DNA of 62,430 nt, the filler included, from Barthelona sp. PAP020 (lineage: Eukaryota): assembly GCA_040182905.1 (NCBI GenBank). It is 7 parts of 7 records of this genome, joined end to end, with 100 filler letters (N's around TTAATTAATTAA, not from the genome) between each part and the next. Parts side by side here need not be neighbours in the genome. Positions count along the whole stretch, not along the records: positions 1 to 8,889 come from JARQWU010000440.1; positions 8,990 to 17,854 come from JARQWU010000441.1; 5 more parts are not named here. The stretch is one strand, 5' to 3'. Positions 1 to 9,887 of the stretch are shown here, one piece after another. The translations under genes and the position numbers were made by a program. The notes beneath the pieces were generated by a model. The model was given only the letters and a program-made list of their open reading frames with translations, made no database searches and was not told the DNA's origin. Within the stretch, counting starts at the first letter, position 1. Every line of letters begins with the position of its first letter.

Positions 1-1
1 A

Positions 2-187
2 ATAAAGCCAACTGAAGAAGAATATGTACCCAGTGATTTGGAGGATGACAGTGACTTTTATGCCTATGAAAGTGACAATGGAATGGATGATGATGAAGTA
101 TATGAGGAATCAGAAGACGAAGGTTTAACTTGGGATGAACAAGAAGCTAAGGCTCGTGAATATGATCAAAGAAGTGGATTTCAATAA
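2..187 (+). CDS. SPT16: 3' end of FACT complex subunit SPT16-like gene (5'-truncated)
   Basis: Manual translation IKPTEEEYVPSDLEDDSDF...ESEDEGLTWDEQEAKAREYDQRSGFQ*: an acidic tail plus the G-x-x-W-D-E-x-E motif typical of the SPT16 C-terminus. Confidence 0.65.
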   Translation: MKPTEEEYVPSDLEDDSDFYAYESDNGMDDDEVYEESEDEGLTWDEQEAKAREYDQRSGFQ

Positions 188-459
188 AACATAAAATGAA
201 TTAAAATTTATTTTTAAATACTATATTTTTGTTCATTTGGAAAGAATGGAGAAGGTTAACCAAACATAAAGGAAAAAAAAAAGAATATTGATAAAATTGA
301 TAATCAGGCAAATTATTGAAATTGCATTGAAAAGAAAAATGGGGAAATGCAATAATGAGGATAGAAAATGTGTATATAATACCTTTTTATGGTGAAAAGA
401 GATTCAAAGAGACAAAAAAAGAAAGGAAAAATATATTGTTTTTAATTGATTTTTTAACA

Positions 460-3400
460 ATGTTGGACATTGTTAAACAATTATATGCTGAAGGAAAACA
501 ATTATTAGAAAAAAAACCTGAAAAAGCATTAGAAAAATTCGAAGAATGTGAAAAACTTAATACAAATGAACATTATCGAAGTTATATTTCATTAGCCATT
601 GCAAAAGCAAATGAATTAATAGTCAATACAAATCCAAATGTGAAATATTTTAATTTATCGATAAATATATTGAAAACAAATTCGAACATTAACAATTTAG
701 ATGTAGGAGTATTACATCTTTTATCACGTATTACAGAAACAAATGAACATATGGAAGAAATATATATCACTCTTACTTCGAGTATAAAGCAAGATTTAAG
801 CTATTTAATAGAATTTGGGCTCAGTAATTTACCGGAACAAACAAGAAATTTACGAAATTTTATTTTGGATAATGAGAATGATGTAGTCAAGTATAAGTAT
901 CATTTATTGACGCAAATTTTTATAGCATATTATGAGAGTCTTTTTATTTCGAAAGAAAACAAAGAAAAGAAAAGATGTATATTTTATTCTGAATTAGCAG
1001 ATAATTGTATTTCTTCTGAGAAGTTTATTGGGTATGATTTAAAACAAATAACACAAATCTATCATATTTTTGAAAATATGCTGAATTCATGTTTGCTTAT
1101 TCCTGTTGAATATGATTCTAACATTATAAAGATGTTTAATTCGAATAATTGTTTTATTAAACTAGCAGATACGTTTAGATATGCTGATATTGAGTTTTTT
1201 AAAGGAAATTATGAAGAAAGTGAAAAAAAAATATTATATTGTTTGAATTTTTTAAAAGATAATTCAATTTGTATACCTTTTTTGATTGATAAAAGTTTAT
1301 TGATATATTTGACTAAAAGTTTAACATTTCGATTATTTTTGATTCAAATATTGAATGGAAAATATTTTGAAAGCAAATATTACAAAGAAATTTTAAATAA
1401 TATTAATATTAATAGTTCTAGCATTAATAATGATAGTGCTAACATTAATAATGAAAATAAATATTTGATTTTTATTCAAGAGTTGACTGAAATTATTTTT
1501 AATTTTTCAATGGTCACTTTGGCACCTATTTCTTCTTCTTTTTGTTCCTCTTCTTCTTCTTCTTCTTATTCTTTTCTAATTAATACATATATTGAAATAT
1601 CTATGTTATTATTAAAGACCAATTCTACTGAAGAAAAAGAAAAACTCAATGAATTATTTGAAATGTTAAAATCACAATATCCATTTAGTAAGAATATTAC
1701 AGCATTATTTGTTTTTTTAGCAGCAATACACAATTTTGATAACAATATAAAACCTGCCTTTCGTCTATTAGTAAATCAAAGAGATTCTACTTTACATTTA
1801 TTAATTAATCAATCAATATGTATCAGAAATTTATGGGAGATCAATATTTATTCAAAAAGATCTTCATTAATGCAAGTTAACAATAAAAATGAACAAATTT
1901 TCATTCGAAAGAAAGAAGAAGCTTTTAATTTCTTAATTAATACAATATTCAATTATCCAATAAACAATCTATTGAAGAAACACATATTTTCAGCATTAAT
2001 TCATGTTTTTCCTCAAAACATTGATAACTATGTTGATGTTGATGAGAAGAACAATAACAATATTCTGAAATGTGGTTTTTTTAATGAAACAATGATGAAT
2101 TCAAAGAATAAAGACAAAATCATTTCTTTTGATGAATTCATTTTCGATTATGAATCATTAATACAAAATATAAGAACTAAGACAGATCATTCATTGAGGA
2201 TTATCTTTATGAATGAATTTTTAAACAATCTATCCTTATGTATCATCAACAACAAAAATATTGTTGTATTTAATGAAGAAATAGTGGAAAAACAAGAAAT
2301 GGAAATGGGTAAACATTTGATTGAATTAAAAAGAAAGATGAATGAATATGGGTTTTCAGGGGGAGAATTTTTTAAAAAAAATTCAAATGTTTTAACAAGG
2401 AAGAGTCATTTAAATAATTTAAATGAAAATTTTGATGAAATGTTTGAAAAATTTCTTAAAATTTTGGATTTTTTCAAATGTTTTTTGGTTGGACAAAGAA
2501 AGAATAAAGATGATATAACAATGATCAGATTGATTCTCAAGAATGTTCAAAATGAGTTTTCATCATGTAATAACTTGAATGAAACGTTGTTAGAATATTT
2601 CATCGATTGTTTCAATGATCTTTGTCTAGCTTCACAGTTGAGGTTTGCTGAATTCATTTTTACATTTTCCTCTAAAGACAATTTCCAGTCAATAAAACAA
2701 TCTGCTAAACAATTAGTTGATTTTTTGCTAACATTAAAGTATCAATTTATAAGCAATGAAAGACATCCTCTTTTTTTAATTGTCGATGAGAAATTTCAAC
2801 AGTTACCATGGGAAGCAGTCAACACAACTGAAAACAATATTTATCGCATTTTTAATTTAAACCATCTAAATCAGCTTCTATCAAAATCAAATGAGATTAA
2901 TCATAAATTATTCTATTTGATCAACCCTCAGGGAGATTTATTACGAACTGAACAAAGATTTCAACCTATTTTATCTGCTATTGATGAATGGACTGGATTT
3001 TTAGGAAATGTAACAGATTCAAACATTGTTTCCCTATATGAGAACATCAAATTTGTTGATTCTTTCTTTTACATTGGACATGGCAATGGTTGGGATAAAA
3101 TTGATTTCAAAAAGTTTTTAGGCTGTAAATTCATGATGTTCTTTGGTTGTGGTTCCCTAAAAATTACGAAAAATGGGATTTTTCAGAGTCATGGTTTACA
3201 AATGGAATTGTTCAAAAAAAATTCAATAGTTTCTTTGATTGGAAATATTTGGGAAATAATTGACAATGTTTCGGACGAAATAAGCTTGAAACTTTTGGAA
3301 AATATTTTTACCAACACTTTGAAAACTTCTTATCAAAAGAGAAATTTTTCATCAATTTCTTTGGTTCGTTGGGGAATACCTATACAATTAAAAGCTACTG

Positions 3401-3603
3401 CTTTGAATAAAATTCATTTTGTCAGTGATTGTGACAATTTCAAAGAAGATATTTTCAAAAAAACCATTTTGGAAACAACTTTTGATTCTTTTGATCTTAA
3501 AACTCCACAAAGTAGAACAAAGATAAAACGTAAAATAAGACCAATGACTCCAAGAAAGATGAAATTTAGAAAAACGGAAAAAAATGATGAGGATCTCTTT
3601 TAA
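460..3603 (+). CDS. ESP1: Separase (peptidase C50)
   Basis: C-terminal motifs LIVDEKFQQLPWE, FYLINPQGDLLRTEQRF, FFYIGHGNG (catalytic His), MFFGCGS (catalytic Cys), LIGNIWEIID; likely start is the ATG at 460 (ORF open from 355). Confidence 0.9.
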   Translation: MLDIVKQLYAEGKQLLEKKPEKALEKFEECEKLNTNEHYRSYISLAIAKANELIVNTNPNVKYFNLSINILKTNSNINNLDVGVLHLLSRITETNEHMEEIYITLTSSIKQDLSYLIEFGLSNLPEQTRNLRNFILDNENDVVKYKYHLLTQIFIAYYESLFISKENKEKKRCIFYSELADNCISSEKFIGYDLKQITQIYHIFENMLNSCLLIPVEYDSNIIKMFNSNNCFIKLADTFRYADIEFFKGNYEESEKKILYCLNFLKDNSICIPFLIDKSLLIYLTKSLTFRLFLIQILNGKYFESKYYKEILNNININSSSINNDSANINNENKYLIFIQELTEIIFNFSMVTLAPISSSFCSSSSSSSYSFLINTYIEISMLLLKTNSTEEKEKLNELFEMLKSQYPFSKNITALFVFLAAIHNFDNNIKPAFRLLVNQRDSTLHLLINQSICIRNLWEINIYSKRSSLMQVNNKNEQIFIRKKEEAFNFLINTIFNYPINNLLKKHIFSALIHVFPQNIDNYVDVDEKNNNNILKCGFFNETMMNSKNKDKIISFDEFIFDYESLIQNIRTKTDHSLRIIFMNEFLNNLSLCIINNKNIVVFNEEIVEKQEMEMGKHLIELKRKMNEYGFSGGEFFKKNSNVLTRKSHLNNLNENFDEMFEKFLKILDFFKCFLVGQRKNKDDITMIRLILKNVQNEFSSCNNLNETLLEYFIDCFNDLCLASQLRFAEFIFTFSSKDNFQSIKQSAKQLVDFLLTLKYQFISNERHPLFLIVDEKFQQLPWEAVNTTENNIYRIFNLNHLNQLLSKSNEINHKLFYLINPQGDLLRTEQRFQPILSAIDEWTGFLGNVTDSNIVSLYENIKFVDSFFYIGHGNGWDKIDFKKFLGCKFMMFFGCGSLKITKNGIFQSHGLQMELFKKNSIVSLIGNIWEIIDNVSDEISLKLLENIFTNTLKTSYQKRNFSSISLVRWGIPIQLKATALNKIHFVSDCDNFKEDIFKKTILETTFDSFDLKTPQSRTKIKRKIRPMTPRKMKFRKTEKNDEDLF

Positions 3604-3745
3604 GATTGAAATAAACATTTTTCAAATATATTTTCTTATTGTTTGTTGTTTTTATACTGATAAAGCAGTTTTTTTTTTTTTTAATTGTTGTTTTGAAATT
3701 GATTGAAAAACCCAAAATGAATTCTCACTTTTTTTTCCATAGAAA

Positions 3746-6700
3746 ATGCAAAATATTCTTTTAGATTATCTTCAAAACGATAACAAAAAATTAGTTAAGG
3801 CAAAATTAATTTCAGCAAATCAAATTAATTGGAAAGGAGATGAAAAATTAAATAAGATTGTATCTTTTGAAGGAAAATTTTTAATCAGCACAAATAAAGG
3901 TATAATATATTTGATTAATAAGAATTTTTCAATTAAAAAGGAATTAAATGATCACAACAATCAAAATATTTCTTTTTTAAATGTTGTAAACAATGATTTA
4001 ATAATTACAGCTTCGAATAATTTGATAGTCTATGACAATAAATTAAATATTGTCTTTACACTTGATCTTCAAAAATATTCTCCTATCAGAAGCATAATTA
4101 AATTGCCAACATCAAATAATGATTATTTTTTTATTGATAAAAGCGGAATAATGATGGAATATAATGGTGAACTTGATACCTTTAAAGAAACAACAGTTTT
4201 TCCAAATGACATTTGTTGGGACATAAAACTAAGTTCAAATAACAAGTATATATGTACATCTACTGATGGTTATGGATTAAAAATTGTAGATTCAACTCAA
4301 TTTGAAGAAGTATTTGCCTATAAGTTAAATAATCAAATGGTATGTTTTTTTATGTTTGATAAGGATACACAGCATCTTATATTAAGTACATCTGATGAGA
4401 AAATTATTATTATTGATTTGGAAAATAAAGAAGAAAAAATTGTTGATTCTTTTGATAGTTGTATCGTTGATATTATTGAATATCAAGAATATGAAGGAAA
4501 TTATTTGTTAGGTCTTTCAATTTATGGTTATCTTTATGTGATAGAGAAGGATAAAGGTATCATTGTTGAAACTATCAAACATGATGAGTTGTTGCTCATT
4601 GGTGGTTGTTATTCAAAACCTTTACACATGGTATTAACCTTAGGACGCAGTAAACAATTTTCTGTTGAAGCATATGATGTGGTTTTTCTTAAAGATAAGC
4701 TTATTGAGTATTTGAATGAGAATTTTGAAGAATTAGTTTATGAATTGGTCAAATTGTCTAATGGAGGAAAAGTTCATGTTTTATCCAGATTGTTAGAACT
4801 TGGTTTGATACATTTGATTGATGACAAGAAAATGGTGATAGTTTTATTGAGTAAAGGTCTTCATATTGATGATAAGGAGATGAAAATGCTTGAAGAGTAT
4901 GCAGTTGAATATTTTTCTGTAAATTATTTGGATAACGTATATTTCAACAGGATACTTGAGAAAAGAGGAAAAGACAACAAATTGCAACTCCAAAAACTGG
5001 AATGCAAATTGACAAATGAACTTTCAATTAAAGGACAAAATGAATTAGTATCTTTGCAACTGGAAATGCTTAATAAAGTAGATGAATTGAATGAACAAGT
5101 TTCAAAAGTTGAAGAAGAAAATCGAAGACTGCAACAACGAATTCTTGATATTGAAAACGAAAAAATTGAAGAGATGAAAAAGGCACAACAACAAATCTCA
5201 GACATTGAAAACGAAAAAACTGAAGAGATAAAGAAGATACAACAACAAATATCAGATATTGAAAATGAAAATAAGAAGTTGCAAAGTGAATCAGAGAATG
5301 AAGAAAAACTATCCATTGAACTAAAAGAAAGACTTGAACCAATACTGTTTAATATTGCACACAACGAAAAATACAATTTTTTTGAAAATTTTGGACAGTT
5401 TTTATTGGCAAATTTGAATGATTATGATAAAACCAATGATTTATTAAAGAAAACCACTCTGATTACCTTTGCAAGAAATTCTTTATATTACCTAATCAAA
5501 TTTAATTATTTAAAGCAATTCATCTTCAAGTTGTCAAATCCAATCACTTATAAAAAGAGTTTATTAATGGATTTCAAACTAGATCTGGAAAATCCTTTAT
5601 TTTTAAGAAATTTTCAACAAGGAACTATTAAAAATTTAGAATTTTCTTTAGATGAAAAATACTTTGTTAGTATTATGTTGAATGGTTCTTGTATCTTGTG
5701 GGATTTCATTGGATTCAAACCATTAAAAGTTTATGAAGATTTTGAGTCTGGATGCTTTTTTAAAGCTAAATTGATTTTGTTTAATTCTAACAAGATTCAA
5801 GTTGTAAAATATCCTTTTGAAGAAAAAGATAGCAAAAGTTTTGTTTTTGCTGAAAAAATTGATCCCAATATTTTTACCATGGATGATCAACATTTAATTC
5901 TCTCAATTTTGGTTGAAGATATGAAAGAATGTATGAAATATGACTTTTTAAAATATGATGTTGATTCAAATACTGTTAGCAAATTTGAAGTCACTGCTGA
6001 TTTTAGAAATGGAAAAAATTTGGAAAGAATCATTAAACTGAAGAATTCCAAAACATTTAATAAATTGATTGTATATACTGAAATGCGAGTTTTACTTGTT
6101 GATCTATCCAATTTGAATAAAATAAATACAATTATTCCTGAATTAAATAAGGATCGTTTACCAATTTTGTATGATATCAAAAAAAAATATCATTTGATGT
6201 GTTCAAATGTTGGTGAAGTTTTTGAAAAAAAAATTATTTGTCAAAAGATTTCTGATTCTTCTTTTGATTTCAAAACAACTTTTAGCTGCATTGATTGTCC
6301 CAAAAATATTCAAGAACTAAAGATTATTGATTCTGATTCAAAATATGATTTAATTTTATATTGTATTGTTACAACAGATAAATTATTGATTTATTTGAAT
6401 AATTCAATCATTCATGTGCAAGAGTATAATTTTTTCGATAACAACAGTCCTCGACAGAATAGAGTCTTATTTTCCCCAAAATTGTCTTATATGTTTATTC
6501 TTTTGCATAATTATAATTGTATGGCTCCTCCTTTTGACAGGAGATTTAATTTGAATGTATTTGAGATCGTATCTTCAGTAAAAGAACTGTTGGTTGATAG
6601 CAATGGTTCTGACTATTGGGAGCTGTTAAAGCCTTTGATTATTAAAGAGTTTAATCACTTAAAGGAGAAGAATCATAATGGTTTAATTGAAACTTTCAAG

Positions 6701-7921
6701 AGCAACTTGAAACCTTTATTATGTCATAAATTACAGTTGGAATTGGTTGACATTTTTCCAGAAGCTCAATTGAAAAATAATTTATATGATGCCATCATCA
6801 ATCAGAATATTGAAGGGGTTTCTGAACTTTTAGAAATGATTGATAATATTCACGAGGTCAATAATTGTTGTTTGAATGAAGTTATTGTCAAAAAAGAAGA
6901 TATTGTTGATGAAGAGTCTCTTATTACTGTTGATTTGATGATAAATACTTTGGAAAAAATGGATCTTTTGAAAAAATATAAAGATTCAGGGGAAATGGAC
7001 CAAATTCTCAAAATGTTCAACAAAATTGCCAAAAAGTATGGTAGTTTAAAACTAATGAGATTGATTACTGGAGACCTTTGTTTAAATATTAACGAATTTA
7101 AGAAAGCAATGAATATTCCAACACCAGCCATTCAAGCACACAAACACAATTTTGTCCTTTCTCCTTCCAAAAAGCGGTTATTCTATGTTGCATGTGAAAT
7201 GGGAAATTTGGAAATTATTGAGTTACTTCTTTCCAAAGGATTACATGCAGATGAATTCACAAATAATGGGTCTTCACCATTAAGCGTCTTGATTCAAAAC
7301 GGAAATTTTGAAACTGCAAAAATTTTAATCGAAAAACAGGCAAATCTTCAAGACACTTTTATTTTTGAATCCATGTATAGCTTGAATTATGAGAATATCA
7401 AGAATTGTATTCTGAAGCTAAATGTTGATAATTTTTTGGTTAAACATTATCAAAACTTTCCAATTAGTTTGTTTTTAATCGCTTTTGATCATTTAACCGC
7501 AACTAAAGCCATGTTTGAAACAAACTTCTTTGATCCTCTTGAATCTTTCCCCTGTCCTAGATCAACTGAAAGACAGACTTATATTGAAAGAGTCAATGAA
7601 TTTGGTACAGAAGAAATGGTTCAACTCTTTTTAAAACATGTCACCTTTGAAAAAATTGATTGTGATAGAGTTGATTGGCGCAATTGGCTCTTATCAAAAG
7701 ACGAACATGAAAAGTATGACGTTGATTCTGATTTTGCGCTCACCAGCGATTCAGATCTTGATTTATCTGATCTGGAAAGTGGGGATTCCAGTTCTGGATT
7801 TTCTGACGATATTGCAAAAGAGGATGATTTCGACATTATGCAATATTGTTGTGAAGAAGATTTTGGTGATGAGATCAATGAACAAATTGACCGTTTTTTC
7901 AAAGAAAAAAGAGCCCATTAA
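3746..7921 (+). CDS. WD40-like repeats / coiled-coil / second beta-propeller / ankyrin-repeat protein
   Basis: N-terminal WD-like beta repeats, QQQISDIENEK coiled-coil repeats, second WD-like region (LEFSLDEKYFVS...LWDF), ankyrin repeats (LFYVACEMGNLEIIELLLSKG, SPLSVLIQNGNFETAKILIEK). Confidence 0.7.
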   Translation: MQNILLDYLQNDNKKLVKAKLISANQINWKGDEKLNKIVSFEGKFLISTNKGIIYLINKNFSIKKELNDHNNQNISFLNVVNNDLIITASNNLIVYDNKLNIVFTLDLQKYSPIRSIIKLPTSNNDYFFIDKSGIMMEYNGELDTFKETTVFPNDICWDIKLSSNNKYICTSTDGYGLKIVDSTQFEEVFAYKLNNQMVCFFMFDKDTQHLILSTSDEKIIIIDLENKEEKIVDSFDSCIVDIIEYQEYEGNYLLGLSIYGYLYVIEKDKGIIVETIKHDELLLIGGCYSKPLHMVLTLGRSKQFSVEAYDVVFLKDKLIEYLNENFEELVYELVKLSNGGKVHVLSRLLELGLIHLIDDKKMVIVLLSKGLHIDDKEMKMLEEYAVEYFSVNYLDNVYFNRILEKRGKDNKLQLQKLECKLTNELSIKGQNELVSLQLEMLNKVDELNEQVSKVEEENRRLQQRILDIENEKIEEMKKAQQQISDIENEKTEEIKKIQQQISDIENENKKLQSESENEEKLSIELKERLEPILFNIAHNEKYNFFENFGQFLLANLNDYDKTNDLLKKTTLITFARNSLYYLIKFNYLKQFIFKLSNPITYKKSLLMDFKLDLENPLFLRNFQQGTIKNLEFSLDEKYFVSIMLNGSCILWDFIGFKPLKVYEDFESGCFFKAKLILFNSNKIQVVKYPFEEKDSKSFVFAEKIDPNIFTMDDQHLILSILVEDMKECMKYDFLKYDVDSNTVSKFEVTADFRNGKNLERIIKLKNSKTFNKLIVYTEMRVLLVDLSNLNKINTIIPELNKDRLPILYDIKKKYHLMCSNVGEVFEKKIICQKISDSSFDFKTTFSCIDCPKNIQELKIIDSDSKYDLILYCIVTTDKLLIYLNNSIIHVQEYNFFDNNSPRQNRVLFSPKLSYMFILLHNYNCMAPPFDRRFNLNVFEIVSSVKELLVDSNGSDYWELLKPLIIKEFNHLKEKNHNGLIETFKSNLKPLLCHKLQLELVDIFPEAQLKNNLYDAIINQNIEGVSELLEMIDNIHEVNNCCLNEVIVKKEDIVDEESLITVDLMINTLEKMDLLKKYKDSGEMDQILKMFNKIAKKYGSLKLMRLITGDLCLNINEFKKAMNIPTPAIQAHKHNFVLSPSKKRLFYVACEMGNLEIIELLLSKGLHADEFTNNGSSPLSVLIQNGNFETAKILIEKQANLQDTFIFESMYSLNYENIKNCILKLNVDNFLVKHYQNFPISLFLIAFDHLTATKAMFETNFFDPLESFPCPRSTERQTYIERVNEFGTEEMVQLFLKHVTFEKIDCDRVDWRNWLLSKDEHEKYDVDSDFALTSDSDLDLSDLESGDSSSGFSDDIAKEDDFDIMQYCCEEDFGDEINEQIDRFFKEKRAH
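5130..5275 (+). repeat. 54-bp coding tandem repeat (about 2.6 units)
   Basis: QQRILDIENEKIEEMKKA / QQQISDIENEKTEEIKKI / QQQISDIENE. Confidence 0.8.
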
Positions 7922-7936
7922 TTCTTACATAAATTA

Positions 7937-8386
7937 AGTGTTTGTAGTAAAGTGAACGGATTTCACACTAAAGACAATATAAATGTATTTAAGGTTTCTT
8001 CTTGCAATTTCTGATGTTAATGGATGTAGGTTAGCAGTGCATACCACGATTTTATCAAGGACACCCACAGAAGAATAATCAAAAAAGATTTTGGATGAAG
8101 GAAAAATTATAAAAGATCACCCTGCTCACATCTCAACCACAATAACCTCCCATATCTAAGAGTTGGATATAAACTGTTCAGAAATTAGTTTGGCAACAAC
8201 AAAAATTTCACTGAAAGACGAAGCAAAGGAAGAACAAACCTGAAATACTCCTGCATATATAAAGCTAATAATCTCAAAAGAATTAAAATTTTTAAACTGG
8301 AAAAGAGGAGATCAAAACAATAAGAATTTTATTTCTAAAGGACCACACCTCTTCAAAATATGATTTTTTTTTCCAGATTCAAAGAA
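7937..8386 (+). mobile_element. Non-autonomous element sharing termini with the YR retrotransposon (degenerate copy)
   Basis: Starts AGTGTTTGTAGTAAAGTGAACGGATTTCAC..AAAGACAATATAAATG, homologous to the element 5' end; internal block similar to 17440-17530; ends T-run-CCAGATTC like the next copy. Confidence 0.7.
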
Positions 8387-8798
8387 ATGTTCGCAGCAAA
8401 GCGGACGGATTTCACGTAAAAAACAACATTAATGCGTTTAAGGTTTCTTCTTACAATTTCTGAAATTAATGGGTATCAAAATTGAAAAGCTCAAGTAAAA
8501 ATAAACGTAATCGTAAGAATTCAAAGATTAAGGATACAAGTAAACAGGTTAGGACAACAGGGAATATCAAACTCCCAGAAAGAGAACAGAAGCGGATATA
8601 TTTAAAGTGAATCAAGGGGCTAAAGGAAAGTATTACACTTTTCTTTAAATACCCACCCTATCTAGACCGGAAGCATTTCTTTTCTTTTTTAAGAGTGTTC
8701 TGAACCATCCACGCAAAACTACTCAGTTGCAAATACCCCCAAACTCTAACCGAGAACAATTATGAGTCTTTTTTTTTTTTTTTCCAGACTCTTGTGAA
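8387..8798 (+). mobile_element. Non-autonomous element (full ~410 bp copy)
   Basis: 5' ATGTTCGCAGCAAAGCGGACGGATTTCAC; 3' GAGTGTTCTGAACCATCCACGC...CCCCAAACTCTAACC...GTGAA; both ends match the autonomous element ends. Confidence 0.85.
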
Positions 8799-8889
8799 GC
8801 GCAGCGGGCATTTCATAAGAGAGCAACAACAAGAAAATGTTTGGATGCGTTTGTGTGAGTCAAGCAAAACCCACAATATGCTAGCCTGT
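8799..8889 (+). repeat. Start of a second related repeat subfamily, cut by gap
   Basis: GCGCAGCGGGCATTTCATAAG...GAGTCAAGCAAAA matches 35730-35802 (ACGTAGCGGGCATTTCACAAG...GAATCAAGCAAAA). Confidence 0.6.
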
Positions 8890-8989
8890 NNNNNNNNNNN
8901 NNNNNNNNNNNNNNNNNNNNNNNNNNNNNNNNNTTAATTAATTAANNNNNNNNNNNNNNNNNNNNNNNNNNNNNNNNNNNNNNNNNNNN
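8890..8989. other. Artificial contig spacer (N44-TTAATTAATTAA-N44); same at 17855-17954, 26942-27041, 35839-35938, 44711-44810, 53581-53680; plain N gap at 28855-29077
   Basis: Identical 100-nt spacer with six-frame stop linker at each site. Confidence 0.98.
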
Positions 8990-9184
8990 TCCAAGAGAGA
9001 ATAATAATGGTGATAAAACACTACCTTGAGCAACGCCACTTGTCATGTTCAATGATAAGTTATCACATTGAGCTGAGATTCCACCATTGTAGAGAAATTT
9101 GAAATACTTGGAGTATTGGTGAAAAACAGGATCATTTGTGATACACTTGTAGAGATATTTTATGAGCAATTGCCGAACATCCAT
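8990..9184 (-). pseudogene. Non-LTR (LINE-type) reverse transcriptase fragment
   Basis: SGVAQGSVLSPLLFSL matches the non-LTR RT motif GVPQGSxLSPxLF; in-frame stop just upstream of 9184; runs into gap. Confidence 0.7.
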
Positions 9185-9887
9185 TTCTACAATTGGATGA
9201 TAGACCCATTGTTAATTTCAAATTCAAAACACACATGAATATCAATAGATCCCAGAACTACGATAATTCCAAAAATAATTGAGGTTATCCAGCCTTATTG
9301 CGACTAACTTCATGTATTTTCTGTTTTACAAATCTTAAACCCATTACATTCACGATTTACCACATAAAAACAACAAAGATAGTTTCAAAATATCTTGACT
9401 TGATTTCTTTTTTGCACCCATCCACATTCGTTTTGGTGTGATATCTACAATAAATTACGACCATATGACTATAATTACTTGTGTCAAATCATTTCACACT
9501 TGAAGTAACAGGGTGAATGAATAAATCACCACATATTCTTTTGCCTTGTTGCTTTACAATCCCATTGATCAGATGCAACCGATAAAACCAATAAAACTAT
9601 GAATTATGATTTATTGAGGAGGTTTAATTGTAGTAACTGATTTTTCTTTTCTAAAATTTGATCAAATTGATTATGTGATTAAATAATTACGTTTATTTTA
9701 AAGAAAAAGAGAAGAACTTTCATTCTGTTGACTTTAATTCACTTTCACTAATTTTGTGAGCATTACACAAAAAACTGGATTCCAGATTATCGAGAACTGA
9801 ACATGTTTGTTGCAAAATGATGCTAAAGCTTCCTATATGCAAAAAAAATACAAATAAATACAAAATTTTACAAAACTTCAAAAAGCT

